NCBI GenBank assembly: GCA_965228855.1
Contig: CBDDIJ010000003.1
Location: 640,001 to 704,000, forward strand
Source: Candidatus Obscuribacterales bacterium
GTDB lineage: Bacteria; Cyanobacteriota; Vampirovibrionia; Obscuribacterales; Obscuribacteraceae
Length of the DNA stretch: 64,000 nucleotides
Direction: 5' to 3'
Under the pieces are notes generated by a model. That model worked only from the letters and a program-made list of their open reading frames with translations. It was not told where the DNA came from and searched no databases. The first letter of the stretch is position 1. The number at the start of each line of letters is the position of its first letter. A program made the translations under genes and the position numbers. Positions 37,385 to 47,133 of the stretch are shown piece by piece.

Positions 37385-38305
37385 CTAGGTGAGGCTTGTC
37401 TTGTAGGCAAAATCTGGGAACCTTCCGGGTTCGTTATACTTCCGTGGAACTGGTACTGCCGGTTTCACATTCTTTTGCTTTGTCGGTGTTTTATTTTCTT
37501 TTCTTTCAGAAGCCGGGGGCCGATCGTCGGGACGCAGTCGCTCTCTTACTTCTTCCAGTCGGTCTTGCATCTCCTGGGTCAGGGAATGATGACTCCCAAG
37601 AGAAAATTCGAAAGCTTCTAGTGCCTTTTGAAAGTACTCGACAGCTAACGTTAACTTATCGAAGTGCTCATAGTAATCGCCTAAATTAGAAGCTGTGAAA
37701 GCGTAGAAGAGACTTTTGACGCCCTTGCTTTTGCTGAAGGCGTCTAGCGATTGTTTGTAGTGAATTTCCGCGGACTCAAATTTCCCCAGTTTCAGCTCCG
37801 CATAGGCGAGGTTGTTAAGTGCAACACCGGCGTCAACGCTATATTCTCCATTCGCTTTCTTCACGAGCGGTAGAGCAAGGTTTAAATAACTCAGTGCTTT
37901 TTGATAGTTCTCTCTTGCTCCGTAAATCTCAGCCAGCTGAACGTAAATTTGCGCATAGGTTTCTTGCGGAAACTGATACCCTTTCAATATCTGGAGGTGA
38001 ACCCTGAGCACCTTCTCCTTTGATTCATTGTCACCGGTTTCTTCGAAGAGTCTTTCCAGAAGGCTGATTGTCGTCAAAGCCCTCACGGGGTCGTTGCCAA
38101 TTTGATCGAGGCACTTCATGAGGTCTCTATGCGCATCTTTGTAGAGTTTCTGGTCGAGCTCTTTGGATGCGGAGTAAAAATTGTGGAGCCACTGATTGTC
38201 GAGCGGTTTGCCTACGCTGGCAACGCTGCTACTCGTCCACGTAATGCAAAGTGCGACGGATAGAATAATTGTGTTCCTGAATGTGCGGCAGCTCGGCAAT
38301 TTCAT
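37385..38305 (-). CDS. Exported tetratricopeptide-repeat protein
   Basis: Signal peptide; kinesin-light-chain-type TPRs (ALNNLA...AEIHYKQSL). Confidence 0.8.
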   Translation of the reverse strand: MKLPSCRTFRNTIILSVALCITWTSSSVASVGKPLDNQWLHNFYSASKELDQKLYKDAHRDLMKCLDQIGNDPVRALTTISLLERLFEETGDNESKEKVLRVHLQILKGYQFPQETYAQIYVQLAEIYGARENYQKALSYLNLALPLVKKANGEYSVDAGVALNNLAYAELKLGKFESAEIHYKQSLDAFSKSKGVKSLFYAFTASNLGDYYEHFDKLTLAVEYFQKALEAFEFSLGSHHSLTQEMQDRLEEVRERLRPDDRPPASERKENKTPTKQKNVKPAVPVPRKYNEPGRFPDFAYKTSLT

Positions 38306-38506
38306 TTGTGAACCCTTCTTACTTTGTGATTATGACGGCGTTGTAGACTTCACGAATCGGCTGGAAGGATGAGTTCATTAAGCTACTGTTTCTGACTATC
38401 CATCTAACGATCATCCTTAAGAGTGGTTCGGTTTTATTCCTAAATTGCTTGAATTAGATTATGGCGCTCGGTAGTGTCTCAACCTCGAAAACGGGAAGGA
38501 GCGGAG

Positions 38507-39223
38507 ATGAAATTTCTGGACAGAGCCACAGCAGGAAGACGGCTAGCCAAGGTCGTATCTGAACGCAAAAAGACATTCCCGAGCGGGCAGGATGGCAGTG
38601 GTGAAATTATCGTCGTGGGTCTTCCTCGAGGAGGGGTTCCCGTAGCGTTCGAGGTTTCCAAAAGTTTGAATTGTCCACTGGAAATCATCACTTCAAAAAA
38701 ATTGTCATATCCGGGTCAGCCTGAATATGCCATCGGTGCTGTCTCGTCTGATGGCTTTGTCGTTTTGAATCCAAACATTCCTCAGACCTCCAACTGGCAA
38801 GACTACGTTGATGGAGAGCGCACGCGATTACGGAAGGAGACTCTAGCAAATGAGGAGAGACTGTATCGTCTTGCCGGGCGTGAGCGCTGCACCAAATATG
38901 ATGGCAAATGCGTAATTATTGTCGACGACGGTATCGCTACAGGAATGACAGCTATTGCTGCGATTGAAACCGCTAGAGCAAGAGGCGCTGCTGCGGTATA
39001 CCTGGCGGCTCCGGTGATCTGCCGCGAAAGTTTCTTCGAACTCAACGAACACTGTGATGGCTTGATTGCTTGTGAAGTTCCTGAGGTGTTTGAATCCGTA
39101 GGCTACTACTACGTAAACTTTCAACAGACCTCGGATAATGAGGTAGTTGAGGCTTTGCGACAAAAATTACCGCCGGCGTATAATCATGAGGTCCGCGAAA
39201 GCTCGATCAACTCCATCGGCTAG
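38507..39223 (+). CDS. Type I phosphoribosyltransferase-family protein
   Basis: FLDRATAGRRLA, GLPRGGVPV and IIVDDGIATG motifs. Confidence 0.9.
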   Translation: MKFLDRATAGRRLAKVVSERKKTFPSGQDGSGEIIVVGLPRGGVPVAFEVSKSLNCPLEIITSKKLSYPGQPEYAIGAVSSDGFVVLNPNIPQTSNWQDYVDGERTRLRKETLANEERLYRLAGRERCTKYDGKCVIIVDDGIATGMTAIAAIETARARGAAAVYLAAPVICRESFFELNEHCDGLIACEVPEVFESVGYYYVNFQQTSDNEVVEALRQKLPPAYNHEVRESSINSIG

Positions 39224-39225
39224 CA

Positions 39226-40092
39226 ATGAAACTTCCTTCTAGATCTTTGAAACTTCCGGTCGCACTGTCATTAATCGTGGCAGGGAGTATTGTGCTGTCG
39301 ACTTTTACCACGGGCAGTGCTGAGGATCTTTACACGCATATGTTGCAGCGACCGATCTTCAATAAAAATCAGTTGGATGAAGAGCAAAAAAAGCCAGTTG
39401 AAAACGACGTTGAGATTATGGATCAGTGCGCTGGTACGATGAGACATTATCGTTTTTCTCCCACGGGTTTTGAGCCTCGAAAACCGGATGCGCAAAGTCG
39501 CCACGGTAAGCAGCTTTACAAAGAGCGAAATTGCGTGCAGTGTCATGCAATTAACGGTCAGGGCGGCGAATTAGGACCTCCTCTGGATGGAATCGGAGGT
39601 CATCGTGGAAAGGAGTGGTTAGTTGCACGTTTGCTCGATCCAGAGAAGCAAATGCGCGATTTCCCTGATGTTTTCGATCGACGAAAAAACGTTATGCCGC
39701 ATCCTGGAGTTTCCGAGGAGGATGCCTCGGCGATAGCCGACTATTTGTTGACGCTTCCGGAACCCGAGTTGGGCTGGGTCGTTTCATCTCATTCTGTTTC
39801 AGCGGATGATAAATCAAAAAGTTCCGATTTTGTTTTTAAAACTTCGGACGCTAGCGCAAGCCGCGGTGCGAAACTGTTCGTACAGCTATACTGTGCTTCC
39901 TGCCACTCCACCGACGGCGAAGGAAATAGATCTGGTCCGGATCTTCGCGGAATCGGATCACGTCTGTCTGAATCTGAGCTGGAGCAGGTTCTAACAGGCT
40001 CTGCAAAATTCATGACCATGCGCGCGATAACAACGAGCATCGAGAAAGATGAATTGACAGACCTTAAAGCATTTCTGCTGACTCTAAAGTAA
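39226..40092 (+). CDS. Exported dihaem cytochrome c
   Basis: Signal peptide; CVQCH and CASCH motifs. Confidence 0.85.
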   Translation: MKLPSRSLKLPVALSLIVAGSIVLSTFTTGSAEDLYTHMLQRPIFNKNQLDEEQKKPVENDVEIMDQCAGTMRHYRFSPTGFEPRKPDAQSRHGKQLYKERNCVQCHAINGQGGELGPPLDGIGGHRGKEWLVARLLDPEKQMRDFPDVFDRRKNVMPHPGVSEEDASAIADYLLTLPEPELGWVVSSHSVSADDKSKSSDFVFKTSDASASRGAKLFVQLYCASCHSTDGEGNRSGPDLRGIGSRLSESELEQVLTGSAKFMTMRAITTSIEKDELTDLKAFLLTLK

Positions 40093-40115
40093 GGATAGTC
40101 GTTCTCTCAAGTAGA

Positions 40116-40625
40116 TTATGATTTATGACTACCGGTGAGTGGTCTTTCAGTCGCGCTGTTGGATACTGTTTCCTGTTCTTCAGGTTTATCCAGGTGGACG
40201 ATTGCCACCGAGCACGGTGCATGCGAAATAACCGCCATCGAAACGCTTCCTAAAAATAATCGTCCGATCTCTGTTCGTCCATGGGAGCCCATGACTATCA
40301 GGTCTATTGCGTTCTCCCTGGCATAGGCTACCAGATCTTCGTTTGGAAAACCTTCTACGACGATTTCTTCGATATCTTGCTCGGCTAGCTTTTGTTGAAT
40401 CGAATTTGCTGTTTTGTGTACCAGCTCTCTGGCAGCGGCAAACTGCTTTTCCTCTATCTCATCAAGCAAAGGACCGGGCAGAACGGCCAGGGTTTTGCTA
40501 AGCTTTGTCGGTTTGACCACACTCATGATTATGAACCTGGTGTCTGGCTTCCATGTGTGATTTACGACGAAGTTGGTTATGGCTCTGGCGAAGTCAGCCT
40601 GGTCTACTGCAATTAAAACCTTCAT
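40116..40625 (-). CDS. Universal stress protein
   Basis: MKVLIAVD...MGSHGRTEIGRLFLGSVS...HAPCS. Confidence 0.93.
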   Translation of the reverse strand: MKVLIAVDQADFARAITNFVVNHTWKPDTRFIIMSVVKPTKLSKTLAVLPGPLLDEIEEKQFAAARELVHKTANSIQQKLAEQDIEEIVVEGFPNEDLVAYARENAIDLIVMGSHGRTEIGRLFLGSVSMAVISHAPCSVAIVHLDKPEEQETVSNSATERPLTGSHKS

Positions 40626-40731
40626 CCGATTAGTCCTCTGTGACCCTGTTCTATTCATTTTGGCTGAGGGTGCGTTTGACCGCATCCTCCCAAAGATTTA
40701 TTCCGTTCATGCTAGAGAACCAGATCTGTGC

Positions 40732-41733
40732 CTAGTGATTGAAAACGATGACGGCCGCTCCTTCGATAGCCCCCTGACGAAGTTTTTCAATTGCATCATT
40801 GATACTTTCCAGGTCAAATACCGAAACGTGCGTCTGGATCGTCAGGTTTTTAACGATATTGAAAAATTCTTCGCCATCCTTTCGACAGAGATTAGCAACA
40901 GACTTGACGCTTCGTTCGCCCCAGAGAAGTGAATAGGGGAAACTCGGGATATCGCTCATGTGGATCCCGCCGCATACCACGGTGCCACCGGGTCTGGTAT
41001 CACTGAGTGCTTTGGGCACCAGGTTTCCTGCCGGGGCAAAAATTATCGCGGCATCTAACGGCGTCGGCGGCTTCTCTAATGAAGATCCGGACCACTCGAC
41101 TCCGAGACTAAGCGCAAACTTTTGCTTGCGCTCGTCACCGGGAGATGTAAATGCGAAAACACGTTTGCCCTGGTGAATGGCAATCGGTGTTATGACATGT
41201 GCTGCTGCGCCAAATCCGTAAATCCCGAGATGTTTCTCATCGCCGGCAAACTTAAGAGATCGCCAGCCAATTAGACCGGCACAGAGTAGTGGCGCGGCGT
41301 GTTGAGCGTCATAATTTTCAGGGATCGGAAAACAAAACCTGGAGTCTGCGACTGTGTATTCCGAGAATCCTCCGTCTACGTTATATCCGGTGAAGAGCGC
41401 ATCTGGACAAAGATTTTCTTGCCCTCTGAGACAAAATGAGCATGATAAACAGGTTGATGCTAGCCAGGGAACACCTACCAGGTCGCCAACTTTGAAATTG
41501 GAGACACCGCTTCCTGTCTCGACCACTGTACCAACGATCTCATGACCCAGAATCAAATTCTCTTTTGGATTGCTAAGTTCGCCATCTATGACATGCAGGT
41601 CGGTACGACAGATTGCGCAAGCTCTAACTTTCAGCAATAGTTGATTGACCTTGGGCTTCGGTTTCGGGACCTCGGTTAATTCCAAAGCCTTTTTGTTGTT
41701 GCGAAGTATCGCCGCTCTCATCTGCTCTTTCAC
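40732..41733 (-). CDS. Zinc-dependent alcohol dehydrogenase
   Basis: CRTDLH, GHE, structural Zn CxxCxxC...C, and GFGAAA. Confidence 0.93.
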   Translation of the reverse strand: MKEQMRAAILRNNKKALELTEVPKPKPKVNQLLLKVRACAICRTDLHVIDGELSNPKENLILGHEIVGTVVETGSGVSNFKVGDLVGVPWLASTCLSCSFCLRGQENLCPDALFTGYNVDGGFSEYTVADSRFCFPIPENYDAQHAAPLLCAGLIGWRSLKFAGDEKHLGIYGFGAAAHVITPIAIHQGKRVFAFTSPGDERKQKFALSLGVEWSGSSLEKPPTPLDAAIIFAPAGNLVPKALSDTRPGGTVVCGGIHMSDIPSFPYSLLWGERSVKSVANLCRKDGEEFFNIVKNLTIQTHVSVFDLESINDAIEKLRQGAIEGAAVIVFNH

Positions 41734-41797
41734 CGCCTGAACTCCGTGTTTCTCTATCCATTGTACTAAGTTGTAGCCAATGGCTTTGTGATCACCA

Positions 41798-44260
41798 TCA
41801 GATCTTCAATAAGAGTTTGTGCTTTGCAAAGTTTACTATCAAGAGGTAAGTTGCCGTCGCGAAGAATAAAAAGGCATAAAAGGTTGAAGGCAGTTGACTG
41901 AATCCGAGCATCGAAGCCAGTGGTGACAGCGGCAATATAATTCCAACCAGAACAACCGTTATAGTCGACACCACAAGTGGTGCGCTAGGCCGACTCTTAA
42001 GCGGATTGCCGGTTGTGCGAATAACGAATATTACGAGGGTCTGGGTTGCAAGAGATTCGACAAACCAACCGGTGTGAAAGAGTTTTTCGTCTGCGCTGAA
42101 AAAGTTTAAAAGCACATAAAACGTCAGGAAGTCATACAACGAGCTGATTGGTCCGATTGTAAGCATGAAATTGCGGATTCCGTCCACGTTCCAGCGATGC
42201 GGTTTTCTTGCATAACTCTCGTCGATTCTGTCCGTTGGAATAGTCACTTGAGCGAGATCGTAGAGGAAATTATTGAGGAGAATTTGAGTCGGTAACATTG
42301 GCAGAAATGGTAGTAATAGTGATGCTCCAGCCATGCTGAACATATTTCCGAAGTTTGAGCTGGTTCCCATCAAGAGGTATTTGACGACATTTCCAAACGC
42401 TTTTCGGCCTTCCCGGATTCCCTCGTGGAGTATCTTTAAGTCTCTCTCCATCAGAATAATTTCTGCGGACTCCTTCGCAACGGCAGTTGCATTTGCTACT
42501 GAGATTCCAACATCGCAAGCATGCAGAGACGGTGCGTCATTTATGCCGTCTCCCAGAAAGCCGACCACGTGTCCGCGTGCCTTTAGCGCTAGTATTATTC
42601 TATATTTCTGCGCGGGTGTGACGCGCACAAAAACACTGTGTTTTTCCGCGAGTTGAGCTAAGGCGGGTTGTGTAAGTCTATCTATATCTTTGCCCTGGAT
42701 AATTCGCTTTGTACTTATTCCGACCTGCGAGCATACATGAGCAGTCACGAGCTCGTTATCGCCAGTCAGAATTTTTACCTTAATACCATCTCGGCGCAGA
42801 GCGGAAATTGTTTCTGCCGCATCCGAGAGAACAGGATCCTCGAATGCCAGAAAACCAGCAAGTGTAAGCTCGGTTTCATCCGCTTTACTCCACAATGTCT
42901 TCTGCGTGCTGACTGTTTTGAACGCGACGGCAATTACTCGGAATCCTTGACGGCTAAGATCTCTCCAGCGTTCATCAACCTTCGCTAGGGTCTCATGATC
43001 CAGATTCTGCAGTCTACCGGACATCATGACTTGAGTGCAGCAGTTGAGGACCGCTTCTGGTGCACCTTTTGAGATAAGGACGCATTCTGAATCCTTCACA
43101 ACGACAGATAGCCTTCTGCGCTCAAAGTCGAAAGGAATCTCGTCTAGTTTTTCAGTGGAGGAAACGTTTAGCGTTTCGTAATTCAGAATTGCCTGATCGA
43201 GAGAGTTCTTGATGCCGGTTTCATAAAAGCTGTTGAGATACGCCATCCGCAAAACCTCTTGAGACTTCTCACCGCTCGGGTCGCAGAAGATTCTGAGTGT
43301 TAGTTCGCCTGAGGTTAGCGTTCCCGTCTTATCGCTACAAAGGACATCTATACTGCCAAAGTTTTGAATGGCCGACAGGTGTTTGACGATAACCTTTTTT
43401 TCCGCCATTCGCAGCGCGCTCTGTCCTAGTGTCACTGTCATGATCATTGGTAGGAATTCCGGCGTGAGTCCAACGGCAAGTGCCAGTGCGAAAAGAAGCG
43501 ACTGAATTGGATCTCGCCCATAACACAGATTGGTCGTCAGCACGAATAGCACAAGTATGAAAACGGTTTTGCAAATCAACATTCCGAATTTGCGGGTTCC
43601 ACGTTCGAATTCGGTTTCCGGAGACTTCGCAGACAATTGACTTGCAATCGTGCCGAACTGCGTTCTCGACCCGGTGGCGAAGACTAGAGCAGTTGCTGTT
43701 CCGCTGACAATTGAACTGCCCATAAAAACTTTTGCTCGATCATCATCATGGTCGGTTTCATCTTCAACGATTTTCTCCACAGGAAAGGATTCGCCGGTTA
43801 AAGCCGCTTCGTTGACGTGAAGATCAATTGCTTTGATTATTCGAGCATCGGCCGGAACCAGGTCTCCCGCGCACAATCGAATGAAGTCTCCTGGAACAAT
43901 TGACCTCACCGGCACTTCAGTCCACTGCCCGTCACGCTTGGCGCTGGCAGTTTGCGAAACTTTTGACTTCAGCAACTCTTCTGCATGCTGCGCCCTGCGA
44001 CTTTGGGTGAAGTCCAGTATTACACTGAAAAGTACGATTGTCGCGATAATGAGGCTATTGGTCGCTTCTCCGACAAAGGCGGAGATTGCGCTAGCCACAA
44101 GCAGGATGACTACAAGAGGATTAGTGAAGAACGATGCAAATTGGAGAATGACGTTAATTCTCCGCGCATGGCGAATTTCGTTGTATCCAAATTGAAGGTG
44201 AAGAGCTTCAACGTTCGCGGACGTCAAACCGGCGATCTCTGTTTTCTCCATTAGCTGCAT
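41798..44260 (-). CDS. mgtA: Mg2+-importing P-type ATPase
   Basis: LTPEFLP, DKTGTLT, SSNFGNMFS, NNFLYD and TGWFVES motifs. Confidence 0.93.
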   Translation of the reverse strand: MQLMEKTEIAGLTSANVEALHLQFGYNEIRHARRINVILQFASFFTNPLVVILLVASAISAFVGEATNSLIIATIVLFSVILDFTQSRRAQHAEELLKSKVSQTASAKRDGQWTEVPVRSIVPGDFIRLCAGDLVPADARIIKAIDLHVNEAALTGESFPVEKIVEDETDHDDDRAKVFMGSSIVSGTATALVFATGSRTQFGTIASQLSAKSPETEFERGTRKFGMLICKTVFILVLFVLTTNLCYGRDPIQSLLFALALAVGLTPEFLPMIMTVTLGQSALRMAEKKVIVKHLSAIQNFGSIDVLCSDKTGTLTSGELTLRIFCDPSGEKSQEVLRMAYLNSFYETGIKNSLDQAILNYETLNVSSTEKLDEIPFDFERRRLSVVVKDSECVLISKGAPEAVLNCCTQVMMSGRLQNLDHETLAKVDERWRDLSRQGFRVIAVAFKTVSTQKTLWSKADETELTLAGFLAFEDPVLSDAAETISALRRDGIKVKILTGDNELVTAHVCSQVGISTKRIIQGKDIDRLTQPALAQLAEKHSVFVRVTPAQKYRIILALKARGHVVGFLGDGINDAPSLHACDVGISVANATAVAKESAEIILMERDLKILHEGIREGRKAFGNVVKYLLMGTSSNFGNMFSMAGASLLLPFLPMLPTQILLNNFLYDLAQVTIPTDRIDESYARKPHRWNVDGIRNFMLTIGPISSLYDFLTFYVLLNFFSADEKLFHTGWFVESLATQTLVIFVIRTTGNPLKSRPSAPLVVSTITVVLVGIILPLSPLASMLGFSQLPSTFYAFLFFATATYLLIVNFAKHKLLLKI

Positions 44261-44377
44261 TCTTGCTGTCCTTGTGGATGACTTCTATATTGACGCATGC
44301 GATATGCCTTCGCCTCGACCGTTCGGCGTAACACGCAGAAATCGCCCCATTGCTGTGTTGATTGGAAAAATGTTGGT

Positions 44378-44421
44378 TCATCCCATGGGACGATGCTTTT
44401 ATTATGTTCGAGTGGGAAACT
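44378..44421 (+). promoter_or_regulatory. Box plus -10 element
   Basis: TCATCC-CATG-GGACGA, 22-nt spacer, GAAACT. Confidence 0.75.
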
Positions 44422-44448
44422 TATGGTGTCATATTTGGAGCACAACAA

Positions 44449-44922
44449 ATGAAGATATTGATTCCTGTCGAAGATGAAGAGTTGGCGAATGTTCAATTGG
44501 ATTTTGTCTTAAGTCATCATTGGCCTGAACCTACGAGTTTCAATGTTTTAAACGTACTGCATCATATCTACAAAGTTTCCGAAGAGGCTTCAGCCGAACA
44601 TCGTCATGCAGCAGAGCTCGTTAAGAACATTGCCCACAAAATTCAAGAATCGCGAACTAAAAGTGGTGTCACAATTAGTGTCGCCGAAGGCCGAACAGTT
44701 GAGGCGATTTTAAAGGTTGCGACCGAGTGGGAGTCGGACCTTATAATTCTAGCTTCGCACGGACGTAAGGGCCTTGGGCAGGCGGTTCTCGGGAGTGTTG
44801 CGTATGATGTGTTGGCGCAAAGCCCGTGCAGAACCATAATGCTCGGATTGCCTGCTCAAGCTGAAACTGCGACGAAACCGGTCAAGGAGACGATCGATAA
44901 ATTGCGCTTCGCGAAAGGTTAG
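44449..44922 (+). CDS. Universal stress protein
   Basis: MKILIPVED...ASHGRKG...LGSVA...SPC. Confidence 0.9.
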   Translation: MKILIPVEDEELANVQLDFVLSHHWPEPTSFNVLNVLHHIYKVSEEASAEHRHAAELVKNIAHKIQESRTKSGVTISVAEGRTVEAILKVATEWESDLIILASHGRKGLGQAVLGSVAYDVLAQSPCRTIMLGLPAQAETATKPVKETIDKLRFAKG

Positions 44923-45035
44923 ATGACGCTTTATGTCGAGGCATCCATCAGTCGGAAGAGGGATGCTGTCGATAGCCAACCGCGTCAAGATAAAGTTGAA
45001 TGGCTGAGTCTCTGTAATCAAAGGAAACCTCGATT

Positions 45036-46367
45036 ATGAATGCTATGGGAGATACCGATTGCGAGTCTGCTGACACGTTGCGTGATATTGAAAGGAAATA
45101 TGCGGAATTGAAACGCGACAACGAACAGCTTGAGAGTCTCGTGAAAATGGACTCCCTCACTTCCGTGCTCAATCGAAGAGGCTTGGAAAGTGTTCTTGCT
45201 CGCGAAATCGAGTATGCGAAACGAAATAAGACAGACCTGCTGGCCATCATGATAGACCTGGATGACTTCAAGCGAGTCAATGATGTGCATGGGCATTTTA
45301 CGGGCGATCTGGTGCTAAAGCATGTTGCCACCGTTCTTAAGGAATCAGTGAGAACCATCGACTGGCTTGGTCGCGTGGGGGGCGACGAATTTGTCATTTT
45401 ACTGCCTGACACTACTCTGATGAGTGGAGTAAAAGTGGCCGAGCGAATTCGTCGAGACTTGAGTTCAAAGGTGTTTCCTTTAGGCGATGACGAAATTCGG
45501 CAGACCGCAAGTCTTGGTGTAATTCAGCTGTCTATGAGTGTTTGCTCGATTGAGGAGATTTTAGAACTGACGAAATCGGCTCTAAAAGATAGCAAAATGC
45601 GCGGAAAAAATTGCGTCAGTTTTGGCGATGTTGGATCATTTCCGGGGCAACCATCGCAAAGGGCGTCCGAAGTAACTCTTCGCGACATCCTGCTGAATGA
45701 ATCTGCGCGCCGGGTCGTTGTACAGCCCATCGTGGATTTAAGAACAAGGGAAGAGGTCGGTTATGAAATTCTGACGAGAGGTCCGACTCCTGAGTTTGAG
45801 ATGCCTGAATCATACTTTAGAGCTTGCCGCGAAAGTGATCTTCTGACTCTTGTTGATCTTCAGTGCTTTTCCGCATCATTGCGGCGCTCACGAGATCTGC
45901 GTCCAGACACGGTGTGTTACTTGAACGTATTTCCTTCCACTCTTGTCGAAGCGCCGGTCGAAAATTTGATAGAGCAGCTGGGGCTGGTCGATGAGCCGGA
46001 ACGAAAGTACTGCATCGAAATAAGCGAAAGGCATATAAGGTCTCTTCCGGATTATTTAGTGGAGCCTCTAGCCAAATTACGCGATTTCGGCGTTCTAATT
46101 GGGCTTGATGATGTCGGATACGGTCATAGTTCATTAGAAGCTATTTTTGCGATCATGCCGGACGTTATGAAAATCGATGGACGATTGACTTATAAGATCG
46201 CTAGCAATCGAAGAAATCAGTTGATCCTCGCGAAATTGAAAAAATTCGCTGACTCACTAGAATCCATCCTCATTGCAGAGGAGGTTGAAACAGAAGATGA
46301 TGCCAGTGCACTCAAGCATCTTGGAATTGAGTACGGGCAAGGTCTGTTTACCGGAGGTCGCTTCTAA
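45036..46367 (+). CDS. GGDEF-EAL c-di-GMP enzyme
   Basis: DSLT...NRR, RVGGDEF; QPIV, EIL and LDDVGYG. Confidence 0.92.
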   Translation: MNAMGDTDCESADTLRDIERKYAELKRDNEQLESLVKMDSLTSVLNRRGLESVLAREIEYAKRNKTDLLAIMIDLDDFKRVNDVHGHFTGDLVLKHVATVLKESVRTIDWLGRVGGDEFVILLPDTTLMSGVKVAERIRRDLSSKVFPLGDDEIRQTASLGVIQLSMSVCSIEEILELTKSALKDSKMRGKNCVSFGDVGSFPGQPSQRASEVTLRDILLNESARRVVVQPIVDLRTREEVGYEILTRGPTPEFEMPESYFRACRESDLLTLVDLQCFSASLRRSRDLRPDTVCYLNVFPSTLVEAPVENLIEQLGLVDEPERKYCIEISERHIRSLPDYLVEPLAKLRDFGVLIGLDDVGYGHSSLEAIFAIMPDVMKIDGRLTYKIASNRRNQLILAKLKKFADSLESILIAEEVETEDDASALKHLGIEYGQGLFTGGRF

Positions 46368-46573
46368 GGACTTCAAGAGTCACCATTCTCTCGTCGCTTA
46401 TTCTTACACTCAATCTAAAGGATTACGAGGCACTTCCAAAAATCCTCCTTGATGCTGATGTTAAGTCCTTGAATCGGCGCGACAATGTGCGATAGCTATT
46501 TCAAAGCAGCTTGAGAACGGTTCGCAGATGAACCCGAACTCACGGAGCTGGTATCACATTAGAGGTTGAGGAG

Positions 46574-47041
46574 ATGCAAACCGCGAAAGCCGAAAAAGAC
46601 TGTTCAAAAGAGAACTTCAATTTCTTCGGTCGCTGGCGTAACCAGCATGGTTCGGAAATGAATTTGACCAAGTTCGAAGACGGCAAAATTTCCGGAACTT
46701 TCAGAACTGGTGTGGGAGCACATGAGCCTGGAGAGGTGCATTTGCTAACAGGTTTCGTGGCTGGCGGGCTCATTTCCTTTACAGTTAATTTTGGAAAGTA
46801 CGATACGCTAACGTCATGGACTGGGCAGCACAATCAAATCGACGGTCACGATCATATTGAAACAATGTGGCACCTGGCGCGTACTATACCGGAAAATGGT
46901 CGGCACGACCGATTGTGGGCTGGCGTCTGGACCGGCTCCGATACATTTAACCGCGTAGGTGAGGACAGTCAGCTCGATCACGATCTCTCCGATCGACCAA
47001 TGTTCATTCCGTCATATCCGTTGAAATTCTCAAAAAAATAG
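46574..47041 (+). CDS. Avidin/streptavidin-family protein
   Basis: GRWRNQHGS, GTFRT, FTVNF, TSWTGQ, TMWHL and GSDTF follow the avidin beta-barrel pattern. Confidence 0.85.
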   Translation: MQTAKAEKDCSKENFNFFGRWRNQHGSEMNLTKFEDGKISGTFRTGVGAHEPGEVHLLTGFVAGGLISFTVNFGKYDTLTSWTGQHNQIDGHDHIETMWHLARTIPENGRHDRLWAGVWTGSDTFNRVGEDSQLDHDLSDRPMFIPSYPLKFSKK

Positions 47042-47133
47042 ACTTCCGGGCGATGCCACTTCCATAAGCCGGCACCGCCAATGGTATCGGCAATTTTGAC
47101 TCATTCCGGTGCGGCTGTCGAGGTTCGAGACGC

